From a virus: a stretch of DNA of 64,000 nt. The translations under genes and the position numbers were made by a program. The stretch spans positions 32,001 through 96,000 of IMG/VR virus record IMGVR_UViG_3300018411_000639, one strand, 5' to 3'. A model generated the notes under the pieces. The model was not told the DNA's origin, searched no databases, and saw nothing but the letters and a program-made list of their open reading frames with translations. Of the stretch, positions 36,218 through 45,722 are shown piece by piece (position 1 is the stretch's first letter; every line of letters begins with the position of its first letter).

Positions 36218-37366
36218 CTAAGCTATCTGGATTGCAAACGCACTCGTAGAGAATGATGTAGTCAAATAGGACTGAGCAAAGAAAACTTGAAACTGCTTAG
36301 CCCCCTCCTGAATGATGTCTCCGCTCAATATGTTCTGGGTGGGCAAAGTAAAGATACCCGTAAGCTTCCCTCTCATTCCACTAAAGGCGCTTCCGTAATA
36401 CATCTCGGAAAGAATGTACTTGCCTGCGGCGTTGGGGTTTTTTGGGGTAAGAGAGGATTGAACGGTCTCTGCGACAGAGACCGAGGAAGGCGTGTACTCG
36501 CTAGGGAAGTCCGTGACAGCCACGGAAGTTGCGCCTGGCCCTGCGCAAGAGACCGCAAACAGCAGCCCGTTCGACCCTCCTTCTGCGCTATAGACTTCAT
36601 CAGGTATTCCGATATAGTACAGCGCCCGACCTAAATTCAACTCCGAGGGGTACTCTAACATCAAGATGAGACGATTAGCATTAACGTGGTATTTGTAATT
36701 GATAACGACAGTCTCTCTGTTGAGGACTGTGGTTGCAGCGGCGGGGACGAGGTGTACGACCCTCCAAGCTTCGCCCGTCCTTCTTGGCGAAGTCCCGGCG
36801 CTGGTTACGGGCTCCACCCGTGTCGTAACGCTTGCTCCTGTACCTGTGACTGTCGGAGTGGTTGCTCCTTCGTAGGTCGGCCTTTGTGTCAAACTTATCT
36901 TCGTCGCGTCTACGACCGCCGCCGTGTACTGGAGACCTAGAGTGGCGCTATGGATAACGTTAATGAGATTGACCAGATGTTCCGCCGTCCTCCAGTTAGA
37001 CGTTCCATTCCCACTTGCAGAATAAGTGAGGGAGAGGTTGTTGAGTGTAACAGTTGCAGCTCCAAAAGTAAGCTCGTAAACGCCCGCAGTGATGTTGGTC
37101 GCAGGCACGTATTCTTTTATCAGGCGCAGCCCCATGATGTGGCCGTCCGTAGTTCTGACGTCCGTAGCGACGTCCCCTCCGTTGTTAGGTCTTAGTTGCA
37201 AGATGAGATTTCGATTCCCTTCCGTGCCAGGAGACGACAGAACAACCGAATCGAGCCTCTCGTTCGTGGAGATGTTTGTCCAACCGTTATTCGTAAACAG
37301 GTTCAGTATGGTGTCGTACAAGTTCTTTTTCAGGCAAGAGCCTGATGAAAAAATATAGTCAGTCAC
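36218..37366 (-). CDS. Putative tail fibre / appendage protein
   Basis: 382 aa; GTG start with GGAGG RBS; beta-rich; C-terminal GMRGKLTGIF..SGDII motif. Confidence 0.55.
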   Translation of the reverse strand: MTDYIFSSGSCLKKNLYDTILNLFTNNGWTNISTNERLDSVVLSSPGTEGNRNLILQLRPNNGGDVATDVRTTDGHIMGLRLIKEYVPATNITAGVYELTFGAATVTLNNLSLTYSASGNGTSNWRTAEHLVNLINVIHSATLGLQYTAAVVDATKISLTQRPTYEGATTPTVTGTGASVTTRVEPVTSAGTSPRRTGEAWRVVHLVPAAATTVLNRETVVINYKYHVNANRLILMLEYPSELNLGRALYYIGIPDEVYSAEGGSNGLLFAVSCAGPGATSVAVTDFPSEYTPSSVSVAETVQSSLTPKNPNAAGKYILSEMYYGSAFSGMRGKLTGIFTLPTQNILSGDIIQEGAKQFQVFFAQSYLTTSFSTSAFAIQIA

Positions 37367-37380
37367 TGTAAATTCCTCCT

Positions 37381-37626
37381 TTACCCGATTCCGTATCTAA
37401 ATTTTAATTGCTTGACAACGCTCGTCTCTGTTACGGCGAACAGTTGCTCTTTGATGTTTTCAATCGTGGCTTCGTTTACTACCTTCTTTTCGTTTTCGGA
37501 GATGCCATCCAGATATAGCCCTGCGGAAAAATAATCCTTAAACGCATTGAGCTCTTCTTCTGTTATTGCATCCACGCTAACCCCATATATCTTTCCAACG
37601 AAAGATAGTACTAGCTCTTTATTCAT
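37381..37626 (-). CDS. Hypothetical protein
   Basis: 81 aa; GGAGGG RBS. Confidence 0.7.
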   Translation of the reverse strand: MNKELVLSFVGKIYGVSVDAITEEELNAFKDYFSAGLYLDGISENEKKVVNEATIENIKEQLFAVTETSVVKQLKFRYGIG

Positions 37627-37636
37627 GTGAACCCTC

Positions 37637-38296
37637 CTACGCCAGACTGGTCAACTTGATACTTAGATCCAAGTTAACTGTGCCGGCCCCGTTGTTTTCG
37701 ATTGTGATATGTATCTTGTCTGTTGCATCCTTGTCTTCGCACGGTGCGTTTACGATGTCATACGCGCTCACTGCGTCCAGACTTTGGTAAACCGTGAAGC
37801 CACCGGTCGATTGGTCCTTAATTTTAAGAGTAACCAGTCCCGTCGAACCGAAGTACACGGTTCGGATGTCGTACTTGCTGAATCCTACATCCAGATGCAC
37901 TTCTTTAGATGTTCTCGCCAGCAATGTGTCTGTGTGATTCACTTCTTTTAATTTCGGCACCCCTAGCTCTCCCTCCATGAGTCCAGTCATCAACTCTTTC
38001 AGTATGTTCTCGACGCTCTTTGTTTCGGAAGAGAATAGATTACCTGCATCCGCAACGATGATACTGCTCGCGTCACTGATAGCTATCTCCGTTCCGTTAT
38101 ACAGCAAGGCCCCTGTTCCAGAGACGGTCAAGCCGTCGAGTGTAGCGAGGTTCCCGTGATCATGAGTCGTGCCGGCAATTTGAAGAGCCTGTTCTATTTT
38201 CGTCATGTCGGCAGGAGCCACAAACTGCCTGTCCTGCGTTTCGACGATCATGTCAGCCGGAATGGCGTCCAGCATCTTAGGGGGTATCTTGCTCAC
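37637..38296 (-). CDS. Putative fibre/structural protein
   Basis: 219 aa; IVETQDRQFV and THDHGNLATLD fibre-hinge motifs; N-terminus similar to that of 38385..39179. Confidence 0.6.
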   Translation of the reverse strand: MSKIPPKMLDAIPADMIVETQDRQFVAPADMTKIEQALQIAGTTHDHGNLATLDGLTVSGTGALLYNGTEIAISDASSIIVADAGNLFSSETKSVENILKELMTGLMEGELGVPKLKEVNHTDTLLARTSKEVHLDVGFSKYDIRTVYFGSTGLVTLKIKDQSTGGFTVYQSLDAVSAYDIVNAPCEDKDATDKIHITIENNGAGTVNLDLSIKLTSLA

Positions 38297-38317
38297 TTCA
38301 ACCCCTCCTTCGTATTT

Positions 38318-38350
38318 AAAAAGAGGAAAGGAGTTACCCCTCCCTCTCTT
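38318..38350 (-). terminator. Rho-independent terminator
   Basis: AAGAGAGGGAGGGG-TAA-CTCCTTTCCTCTT followed by TTT. Confidence 0.6.
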
Positions 38351-38384
38351 CTGATGGATGAAACTCTAGATCAATACGTGTAGC

Positions 38385-39179
38385 TTATCCGATCTGTGTG
38401 AATGCGATGGTGATTTCGTCAGTGGCTTCCAATGCGAAGCTACGGTCTGTCCAAGTCACGATCAATTCATTTGCAACAAAGGCTATTGTGTAGTCTTTGT
38501 CTGCGCCCACTTGTTGGATGAAACCATTGACGGCCAAAATAATATCCGTGAAAGTGGAGAAGTGTGCGCCCGTGCCATCGTTCTTGATTCCTGTGCTGAT
38601 GGTTGTTGCGTTGTCCAACACATTAACCGCAATGGTTTTAGAGTACGCCTGAGGGGCTGTGATAGGGAATTCAACCCAAGAAGTCGTAGTCAGGTCGTAG
38701 CGGAAGACTTTGTTCGTGTCAGCGATGGTTACCATCCAACCTTCCTCTGGTGTCGGGTAAGCCGTCACAATATCAGCGAAAGTTGCTACAGGTGTCTTCC
38801 ATGTCAGGCCCGCGATAGCATTCGTGATTTGAGAAGACAATGTTGTTTGGATCGAGTCAGCGTAAGCCTTAGCCGCCGTTTCAGCTGCCCCCGCTTTTGT
38901 CGCTGCATCCGAAGCCGCCGCCGCGATAGCTGCCGCCTCTGCCGCTGTTGCTTTTGCTTCCGCGTCTGCCGCCGCTGTTGCGATAGCCTCTGCTTCAGCT
39001 GTATTAGCGTAGCCTTTAGCGGTAGTCAGCGCAGTAGAGATGCTTGTGTCTGCCTCCGCTTTCGTGTACTTGTCCGCCAGAGACGCTTTTTCTGCATCAG
39101 TGACGAAGCGCTTCTCAGTTGTTTCAACGATTTTAGCTGCTGCTACGTTCTGGAGTTGCTTGGATTTGATTAAGGCCAT
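38385..39179 (-). CDS. Putative coiled-coil fibre protein
   Basis: Ala-rich heptad region; GLTWKTPVAT..YPTPEEGWMV knob motif; C-terminal repeat-like domain; start MALIK (ORF track starts at 39188). Confidence 0.65.
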   Translation of the reverse strand: MALIKSKQLQNVAAAKIVETTEKRFVTDAEKASLADKYTKAEADTSISTALTTAKGYANTAEAEAIATAAADAEAKATAAEAAAIAAAASDAATKAGAAETAAKAYADSIQTTLSSQITNAIAGLTWKTPVATFADIVTAYPTPEEGWMVTIADTNKVFRYDLTTTSWVEFPITAPQAYSKTIAVNVLDNATTISTGIKNDGTGAHFSTFTDIILAVNGFIQQVGADKDYTIAFVANELIVTWTDRSFALEATDEITIAFTQIG

Positions 39180-39198
39180 AATGTACAATTCCCCTTTG

Positions 39199-39708
39199 CT
39201 ATCTGAATTTTAGTATGTCGTAAATGACATAGATTGTGTCATCCGCTTCAAGAGCGAAATCTTTTGACACCCACCGGATCTGCATCTTGCCTATGTCGGT
39301 TGGGTTTTCTTCTGGGATGTAATCGGCGGTTGGGTACTGCCATTGTCCGTTGATCACAATACCAACCGACTTCAGGTCAACCACGCCTCCGTCAATCCCG
39401 ATACCGATAGGAGTCAGCAATACGCCCAGATGTTCGTCCGATGAAGTCAGAAGCGTCATACGGCGCTCTGCCGTGGCGATCTGTTTTCTCCTCCACCCCG
39501 CCACTAGTTCGTCCCAGACATAGATGGTAGCCTCATCAAGCACTACCCGCATCTGTCCGTTGACATCCCCTCGGACTGGAAGAAGTGACCGCGTCGCAAC
39601 CGGGGCTTCGAGGTGCTTGGCTCCCGCAAGCAGGACCTCCAATTCTTTTTGGAGGTTTTCTTGGGTGATGCCGGAGACCTGACGAGCCTTCAGTAATTGT
39701 TGTCTCAT
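39199..39708 (-). CDS. Putative fibre-associated protein
   Basis: 169 aa; PVATRSLLP..GQMRVVLDE..YVWD; C-terminal INGQWQ..DY..W....FALEADD resembles that of the neighbouring gene. Confidence 0.6.
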   Translation of the reverse strand: MRQQLLKARQVSGITQENLQKELEVLLAGAKHLEAPVATRSLLPVRGDVNGQMRVVLDEATIYVWDELVAGWRRKQIATAERRMTLLTSSDEHLGVLLTPIGIGIDGGVVDLKSVGIVINGQWQYPTADYIPEENPTDIGKMQIRWVSKDFALEADDTIYVIYDILKFR

Positions 39709-39728
39709 GGTCGATCCTACTTTCTTAC

Positions 39729-39998
39729 TTAGGCGACGCTAACCGTCACCCTTGTTACGTTTTTCGTTGCCGGGTCATAGGTGTAAGTCTTTGTGGTTGT
39801 ACGTCCACCTTCCACGGTTGTTTCCGTTTCGATGTTATCGTCAACATCGTAAGTGTATGCCGTGTTTCGTTCGATTGCGCCAGTCAGGGTTTCTGTGATG
39901 ATGTGACCCTGTACGTCGTATTCGTAATCTACAGCATACGCGCCTTCGGTTACGCCGGCAAAGATTTCCAATGACCGCAGTCGTTTAAGTGCTCTCAT
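39729..39998 (-). CDS. Small YD/RHS-repeat-like protein
   Basis: 89 aa; YEYDVQGHIITET, YTYDVDDNIETET, YTYDPAT. Confidence 0.65.
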   Translation of the reverse strand: MRALKRLRSLEIFAGVTEGAYAVDYEYDVQGHIITETLTGAIERNTAYTYDVDDNIETETTVEGGRTTTKTYTYDPATKNVTRVTVSVA

Positions 39999-40089
39999 AC
40001 TGTCACGCTCCTATTGTGTTTGATGGGACTTGCTTACGTTAGTGAGCCAGGAGCCGAAGCCCCTATTCCACTAAACGAGAGTGCTGTCC

Positions 40090-41430
40090 TTACGGTGCCA
40101 CTACGGTCAAGCTAACTGAAGCTGTTTTAGTTTCTCCGTCCAACTCAGCCGTTACAGTTACTTCAACCGTTCCTTCAGCTAAAGCCGTGAATAGACCTGA
40201 TGCATCGACTGAGCCGATAGAAGCATTGTCTACGCCGAACGAGAAGCTTGCAGGGGCGACTGTTGTATCCTGGTACTCTGCCGAAGCTGTCAGCTGTTCT
40301 GTTGCTCCGATCAAGATAGTCCCTGATCCTGCGCGACTAAGAAGTACCGTCTGAAGGAATCGAATCAACTCAGCAATCAAGCTGCCACTCGTCACCTTTA
40401 GGTTGTACTCCCACCCTGTAACAGTGTCCACTAGGGGGGCGAATGCCGGAGCGGGCGCTTCCTCTAGAACAGTTACACGGCCACTCAAGTCAGTCACGCT
40501 CTGTGTGCTTGCTTTGGCTGCTACCTCTGTTTCGACTGTTCCCACTCTTCCAGAAAGAGCTGTCAAATCAGCTTCTTCGGCTTTGTTCTTTACATCTCCA
40601 CTCAAGGCCGTCAGTGTTGCTCCGAGAGCGTCCACTACAGACTGTTCAGCCTTGTTTGTGATCAGCGTTGTCAAGCCTCCGTCTGCCAATTCCCATTGCG
40701 CCTTCAAGTCAGTCAGCGCATCAAGGATCTGACCGTCGGCATCTGCATCCAGGACGGCAAGGATGTTCGTTACCTTTGTTTGCAGGCCAGTGATGTCGGT
40801 TCTGGCTAACCCCAAGGTTTCCTCTATCGCCGTGATACTGGCTTGAACCTCTGTGTCACTGTACGCTGCAGGAATCAAAGCAACAATCGCATCCAGACGA
40901 GCTTGCAGGCTTTCGCTTGCACCTCTTGCTCCTGTCAACTCAGCGATGACCGCATCCACCACAGCCTGCTCCACCTTGTTGTTGATCAAAGTAGCTAGGC
41001 TTCCGTCTGCGCCTTCCCATTGCGCCTTGATGTTTGCGATGGTATCAAGGATAGAGCCGTCTCCATCTTCATCCATTGCAGCTACGATGCCCGCCACTTT
41101 GTCACGCAACTCCGTGTCGTCGTAAGCGGGGTTGTTCACCGTAAAGCGCGGGATGCCGACAACTTCTGTCGTAGCAAGAACAATATCCCCACTGGTCAAA
41201 CCTTTCGTAAACACGATAGTCTGCCCGTCTTGCAGTGTGTAATCCGTCCCATGGATTGCAAGGACTCCGTCCACGAACACTTTGAGAAGGTGGCCGGTTG
41301 TACTGAATACGCCAGATGTAATAAAAGTGGTCTGACCACTTGTTGCCGTAAATGTTTCATAGATACCACCGTACTCGGTATCCATTCGTTTACGGACTTT
41401 GTTTGCGATTTGCATAGATAATACGTCCAT
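40090..41430 (-). CDS. Fibre protein with internal repeat and C-terminal Ig-like (Big_2) domain
   Basis: 446 aa; N-terminal repeat module; two DxDxDG-containing repeats; TEQLTA..SVDASGLFTALAEGTVEVTVTA. Confidence 0.7.
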   Translation of the reverse strand: MDVLSMQIANKVRKRMDTEYGGIYETFTATSGQTTFITSGVFSTTGHLLKVFVDGVLAIHGTDYTLQDGQTIVFTKGLTSGDIVLATTEVVGIPRFTVNNPAYDDTELRDKVAGIVAAMDEDGDGSILDTIANIKAQWEGADGSLATLINNKVEQAVVDAVIAELTGARGASESLQARLDAIVALIPAAYSDTEVQASITAIEETLGLARTDITGLQTKVTNILAVLDADADGQILDALTDLKAQWELADGGLTTLITNKAEQSVVDALGATLTALSGDVKNKAEEADLTALSGRVGTVETEVAAKASTQSVTDLSGRVTVLEEAPAPAFAPLVDTVTGWEYNLKVTSGSLIAELIRFLQTVLLSRAGSGTILIGATEQLTASAEYQDTTVAPASFSFGVDNASIGSVDASGLFTALAEGTVEVTVTAELDGETKTASVSLTVVAP

Positions 41431-41548
41431 AAAATCACCTCACTCTTTTACTAGAACAATCCTATTGCAGGACTACCCTGCATTAACCATATACCAGAAG
41501 ACGAGCTGCATTTGTAGCAACCCGTCCATGGCTCTTCTTGGTTTCCCT

Positions 41549-44500
41549 CTAAAGAAGGATGACTTTGAAGCGTTTCTTTGTTCCTGATTTATTTTGGAGA
41601 ATCATCCGCTTGTCGTTCTCGTAATAACGAAGTCCCGCCGTAGAGGGGTCAATGATATCGAAGTGACGAGTGGATTCGGACTCGGTATGAAGAAACGACA
41701 CGCTTCTCAGTACCGGTGTCTTGAATATGTCCGTCGTCTCAAAGATGGCACGAATATATAGCGTCCCTTTGTTCAGCAGATCTAGTTGCGTTTTAGTCAG
41801 GGAGAGCAGTGTTTCGATGCTCATGGAACTCGCTATGGTTGGGTTCGCCGTGGTGACCCATGTCGCGCCGCTCCAATACTTCCATGCGCTTGCGTTAGGA
41901 GAGTCAGATAGAGCAAAGCGCATTTCAGCGGGATTGTGGTCGATAAAGCGATCAACTTGGATTTGGCTGAATTCGCTCCAATTGGAGGTGTCGATCCCGG
42001 TTTTGTTCTGGATGTACCCCTCTGAGTTGTGAACGTAACGAACGGGGCAGTAGAGGATGTTCACGTTCTTGAACGTAACTATCCCCTTACCTTTGCTGCT
42101 CGAGTACGGTCGCTCTAACCGAATCCGGACAAACCTAAGTTCTTTCTTGAAATCTACATTTATCCCCAGTTTCGAGTAGGCAGAAGTCCCGTTTTGCGTA
42201 TAGAGTGTCTCATATTCTTTTCCATCCAAGGACCACGCAAAAGACGTAATCTGCTGAGCTATCACATAGGCATCCGTGAAGCTGCCCTCATTTCTCCTGA
42301 AACCGAACTGAACATTGGACAACTTATCAATGTAGACGTTGTTCCTGAAGTCGATAACGATATCAACCCATCTCTGGTCCTCTCCAGGGAGATCCCAGTA
42401 TACGGTGTCATGCTTAGTAACGTACCACATCTCATCACGATCGCCTGTCGTCGATCCGTGCTCACCTTGGTTATCCAGGATTCTCTGGAACGGGGCAGTG
42501 CCGAAACGTGGATCTACCGTGTTACTGGGAGCTAGAGTGGAGGATACGTCAAACATGTGTGTAGAAAATGACAACGTAGAATATGACAGAATGTCCTCGG
42601 GCGCCATGTACGGGTTGTCTCTGTCGTAGTCTGACGCCAGTAAACCTCCGTCATTTTCAATTACCGTCTGGTAGGCGAGAAAACGATCCTTTGTGCTTTC
42701 GTTCAAGAGCAGGTGCTCGCTATAAGGGACATAGGCGTCTTTTGACTCCCACACTTGTACACCTCTAAGTTTCTCTACGCTCTCAATGGCGAAGGTGTCG
42801 TCCGGCTCCACCCAGTCGCTCTCGAACTCCTTTATGTCCGGAAGAAGTACCGTAGGAAGGTCAACTGGAACAGATCCTGTATTGACGAAGGATTCGTGGA
42901 GGAGGCCCACGTTCTGCTGAAGCAGTTTAGCGAAGCCCAGCGTTTCTTTTTGCTGTTCTGTCAGGCTCAAGACTTCGTCCTTCAGGCTGTCTGTTGTGTC
43001 GATTACACCTGTCCGGTTTTCAATCAGAGTCCGAACGACACGAAGAATGACCGGCTCGGTCGTCAGGTTTTCGTACGAGAGCGCGCGATAGCCTACGTCA
43101 TACTCCTTGATTGTCACGTTATCTATTTCCTGCCAACGCACATCTCGCCAGTTCAAGACATCGTGACCGCTCACGGCGTATCGCTCGCTTGGGATGTAGT
43201 TGCTCATGGATGTCGCAAGATAAAAGAACCTCGTTTGAGACAGAACGTCGGCTCGGAGCGTGCCAGGTTTCATTCTTTGGAGAGAAGGGAGCGTCATGCC
43301 CTTCGACTGAACCTCACCCTCTTCGATCACAACGAAAGCGTCCGACTGCATCTGTACATCAATTTGGGACACCTCGGAGTTGACCTCGTAGAAGATAATC
43401 TTCAGATAAAGCCATTCGCTCCCGTGACGGATCTTTTCGAAGGCTCCTTCGGGAATGGACGTGAGTGCCTGGGATGTCATTTGAGCTACCGCAAAAGGAA
43501 CCCATGTGTCGGTTTCTACATCAAACACGTAGTAGGCATCCCCATCAAAAGATAGCGCGTAACGAATAGCATCCGGAGTCAGAGCAACCTCTCTTGGGGA
43601 GATGTTGCTGATTTTTTGGTTTGCGATATAGGTCTTCGTCTCATAGGTCTTCGTCGGAGAAAAGACGGGATTGCGGCTCTCTGAGAAGAAAGCTTGCAGA
43701 TGAGAATCCACAGCATCCTCTAAGTGAGAAGTGTCGGTTGCCAGAAAGACAGTTGCGGGCAGACCGCAGTTCTTCTTTGTGCCGTACCTCTTTTGCAATC
43801 GGACGGCGTTCGTGATGTCTTCGTTGTCGTAAGCCGAAGAATAACGGCCTGCGTATACATCTTTTCCGATGATAGTTCCGGCAAACCCAGAGACACTTCG
43901 ATTGAACGGAGAGTAATTGTAAATGGCTTGCCCTTGTTCGTTCTCGTGATAATCATAGGTCCGGTAATCCGACCCGAACGCGAAAGTCTGGATGGAGCGA
44001 TCTTTGGTGTCGATCGTCTTGTAACTTACGGATGTACTGCTGTCGGTCTGCGTATAGATGGTCGTCTCTTCTTGACGCAACGGAGCATGGAAGACAATGC
44101 TGATGTCTTCCGCTATGATGTCTTGACCTGTTTGTATGGGCAGGATGTCAACTCGCAGAGATTGTTCTCCGGACACAAGGATTCGGACCTTGAGTTCCAC
44201 TCCTCCGACAGTCACAATGTAAGACCCATTCAGGTTCGCCTCGCTGATAGCAACGACATGCCTTGTCCCGTTCAGCTTGAACTCCACGCCCATCGCAACT
44301 TGATCGTCTGTTTGCCAAGCGTTCGCCACATCTTCAGCATAAGTAGCTCGGTCGATTGAGACAGTTCCAACTTCCCCCGATAAAGTTAGACCGGTGGACT
44401 CCACGTCAAGGAATCGCGCGCACAGTTTCGCGTTGAGGTCACGCAAGTGCCGACTGGACAAAGTGTTCTCGCTTGGACTCATACCACTCTCGTCCCTGAA

Positions 44501-45703
44501 AAGATTAGGTGTGACAGCGATAATCTCAGGGATGTAAGACAGGGTCTCTCTTTCGTCGCGCTCGCTGCTCCATACAGAAAGAGCGTAGCGCGCATCCGAA
44601 TGAAGAGAAGGCATTACATCTGCTCTCGGTTGGATCAGGATATCCTCTTCCGAGTGTGTTGCAATGACGGGCTTTGTTGAGACAATCAAACCCGACTTGC
44701 TTTCGTACTGAAGGGTTTTAATTTGAAGGTTGCTCAAGGTGATCGTCTTGCCGGTCTCTCCTGCTGCTGTCGTGAGCTCTATCCTAAGATACGACATTTT
44801 TAGGGCGTTGAAGAAAGAGGCGACCAAATTCCCTGTCCCTGTTTTTGCTTCCGTCCAAAGAGCGCCGTCTTGGGAGTACTGAACCTTGTACTGTAAAGTG
44901 CTGGAGGTTGAGGTGATATTCAAGAGAACCTCCTTCACCTGAACAGACCCTTGGAAGGAGAAGTCCAGACGAATATTGCCATTCGCAACAACCCAAGCGA
45001 GATTGCTGTTGAAGATGTTTGCGAGATGACCAGCGCCCGCCTTTGATGTGTAGTTCGCCACTGCGCTCAGGTGACCGGGTACGGCGACAGCGTCCATGGA
45101 ACTAACCTCTGACCGTATTCGCTCGGCTGTCTCGAGAGGTATCGAGAAGAGATCTGACGCAATCCTTGCACGAACAGCGCCATCCACGACTTGCGATTTG
45201 TTTTCGTCAAAAGCAGCTTTTTCAGTGCTGTCAAAAAGAATAGAGCTCACGGGAACAATGCTGTCGGTTGTTTTCACGTAGGCTTTCGAAATGTAATCCA
45301 TTCCCAATCCCGGAAGCAGAGCTGTCTGGTTAGGTCCGACGCTGAGGAAGTCTTCCCTTGTTCGGACTTTGTTTTCCAGAGAAATCAACATCTCTTTGGA
45401 TGCATCCCGGATGACCTCGGTAACGTTCTCCGGCATCCGAGCCAAGATCTCTAGTTTTGTCTGCTCAACGTTTTCCAGAACCATGTTCGTATCTACGGCG
45501 TGCGTGTTGACGATGCTCTCCATTGAACGAAGACGGTCATCAATGCTCTGATGACCGCCCCTTGCTCCAATGATTTCGCCGTTTCCGCCAACTTGCTGAA
45601 GAACAGTCTCCTCGATCGCGTCTTGGAGCGTCGCCCGTTCCCCTTTGAAGTTCTTGATCTCGTTATAGATATTTGCGATGATCGTGTATAGCTTATTCTG
45701 CAC
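41549..45703 (-). CDS. Large fibre / receptor-binding-like protein with discoidin-like domains
   Basis: 1384 aa; N-terminal coiled coil with GARGG..SIDDRL; YKVQYSQDGALWT..YLRIE and AWSLDGKEY..RFVRI F5/8-type motifs. Confidence 0.6.
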   Translation of the reverse strand: MQNKLYTIIANIYNEIKNFKGERATLQDAIEETVLQQVGGNGEIIGARGGHQSIDDRLRSMESIVNTHAVDTNMVLENVEQTKLEILARMPENVTEVIRDASKEMLISLENKVRTREDFLSVGPNQTALLPGLGMDYISKAYVKTTDSIVPVSSILFDSTEKAAFDENKSQVVDGAVRARIASDLFSIPLETAERIRSEVSSMDAVAVPGHLSAVANYTSKAGAGHLANIFNSNLAWVVANGNIRLDFSFQGSVQVKEVLLNITSTSSTLQYKVQYSQDGALWTEAKTGTGNLVASFFNALKMSYLRIELTTAAGETGKTITLSNLQIKTLQYESKSGLIVSTKPVIATHSEEDILIQPRADVMPSLHSDARYALSVWSSERDERETLSYIPEIIAVTPNLFRDESGMSPSENTLSSRHLRDLNAKLCARFLDVESTGLTLSGEVGTVSIDRATYAEDVANAWQTDDQVAMGVEFKLNGTRHVVAISEANLNGSYIVTVGGVELKVRILVSGEQSLRVDILPIQTGQDIIAEDISIVFHAPLRQEETTIYTQTDSSTSVSYKTIDTKDRSIQTFAFGSDYRTYDYHENEQGQAIYNYSPFNRSVSGFAGTIIGKDVYAGRYSSAYDNEDITNAVRLQKRYGTKKNCGLPATVFLATDTSHLEDAVDSHLQAFFSESRNPVFSPTKTYETKTYIANQKISNISPREVALTPDAIRYALSFDGDAYYVFDVETDTWVPFAVAQMTSQALTSIPEGAFEKIRHGSEWLYLKIIFYEVNSEVSQIDVQMQSDAFVVIEEGEVQSKGMTLPSLQRMKPGTLRADVLSQTRFFYLATSMSNYIPSERYAVSGHDVLNWRDVRWQEIDNVTIKEYDVGYRALSYENLTTEPVILRVVRTLIENRTGVIDTTDSLKDEVLSLTEQQKETLGFAKLLQQNVGLLHESFVNTGSVPVDLPTVLLPDIKEFESDWVEPDDTFAIESVEKLRGVQVWESKDAYVPYSEHLLLNESTKDRFLAYQTVIENDGGLLASDYDRDNPYMAPEDILSYSTLSFSTHMFDVSSTLAPSNTVDPRFGTAPFQRILDNQGEHGSTTGDRDEMWYVTKHDTVYWDLPGEDQRWVDIVIDFRNNVYIDKLSNVQFGFRRNEGSFTDAYVIAQQITSFAWSLDGKEYETLYTQNGTSAYSKLGINVDFKKELRFVRIRLERPYSSSKGKGIVTFKNVNILYCPVRYVHNSEGYIQNKTGIDTSNWSEFSQIQVDRFIDHNPAEMRFALSDSPNASAWKYWSGATWVTTANPTIASSMSIETLLSLTKTQLDLLNKGTLYIRAIFETTDIFKTPVLRSVSFLHTESESTRHFDIIDPSTAGLRYYENDKRMILQNKSGTKKRFKVILL

Positions 45704-45722
45704 GGTATCACTTTCTTTCTGC

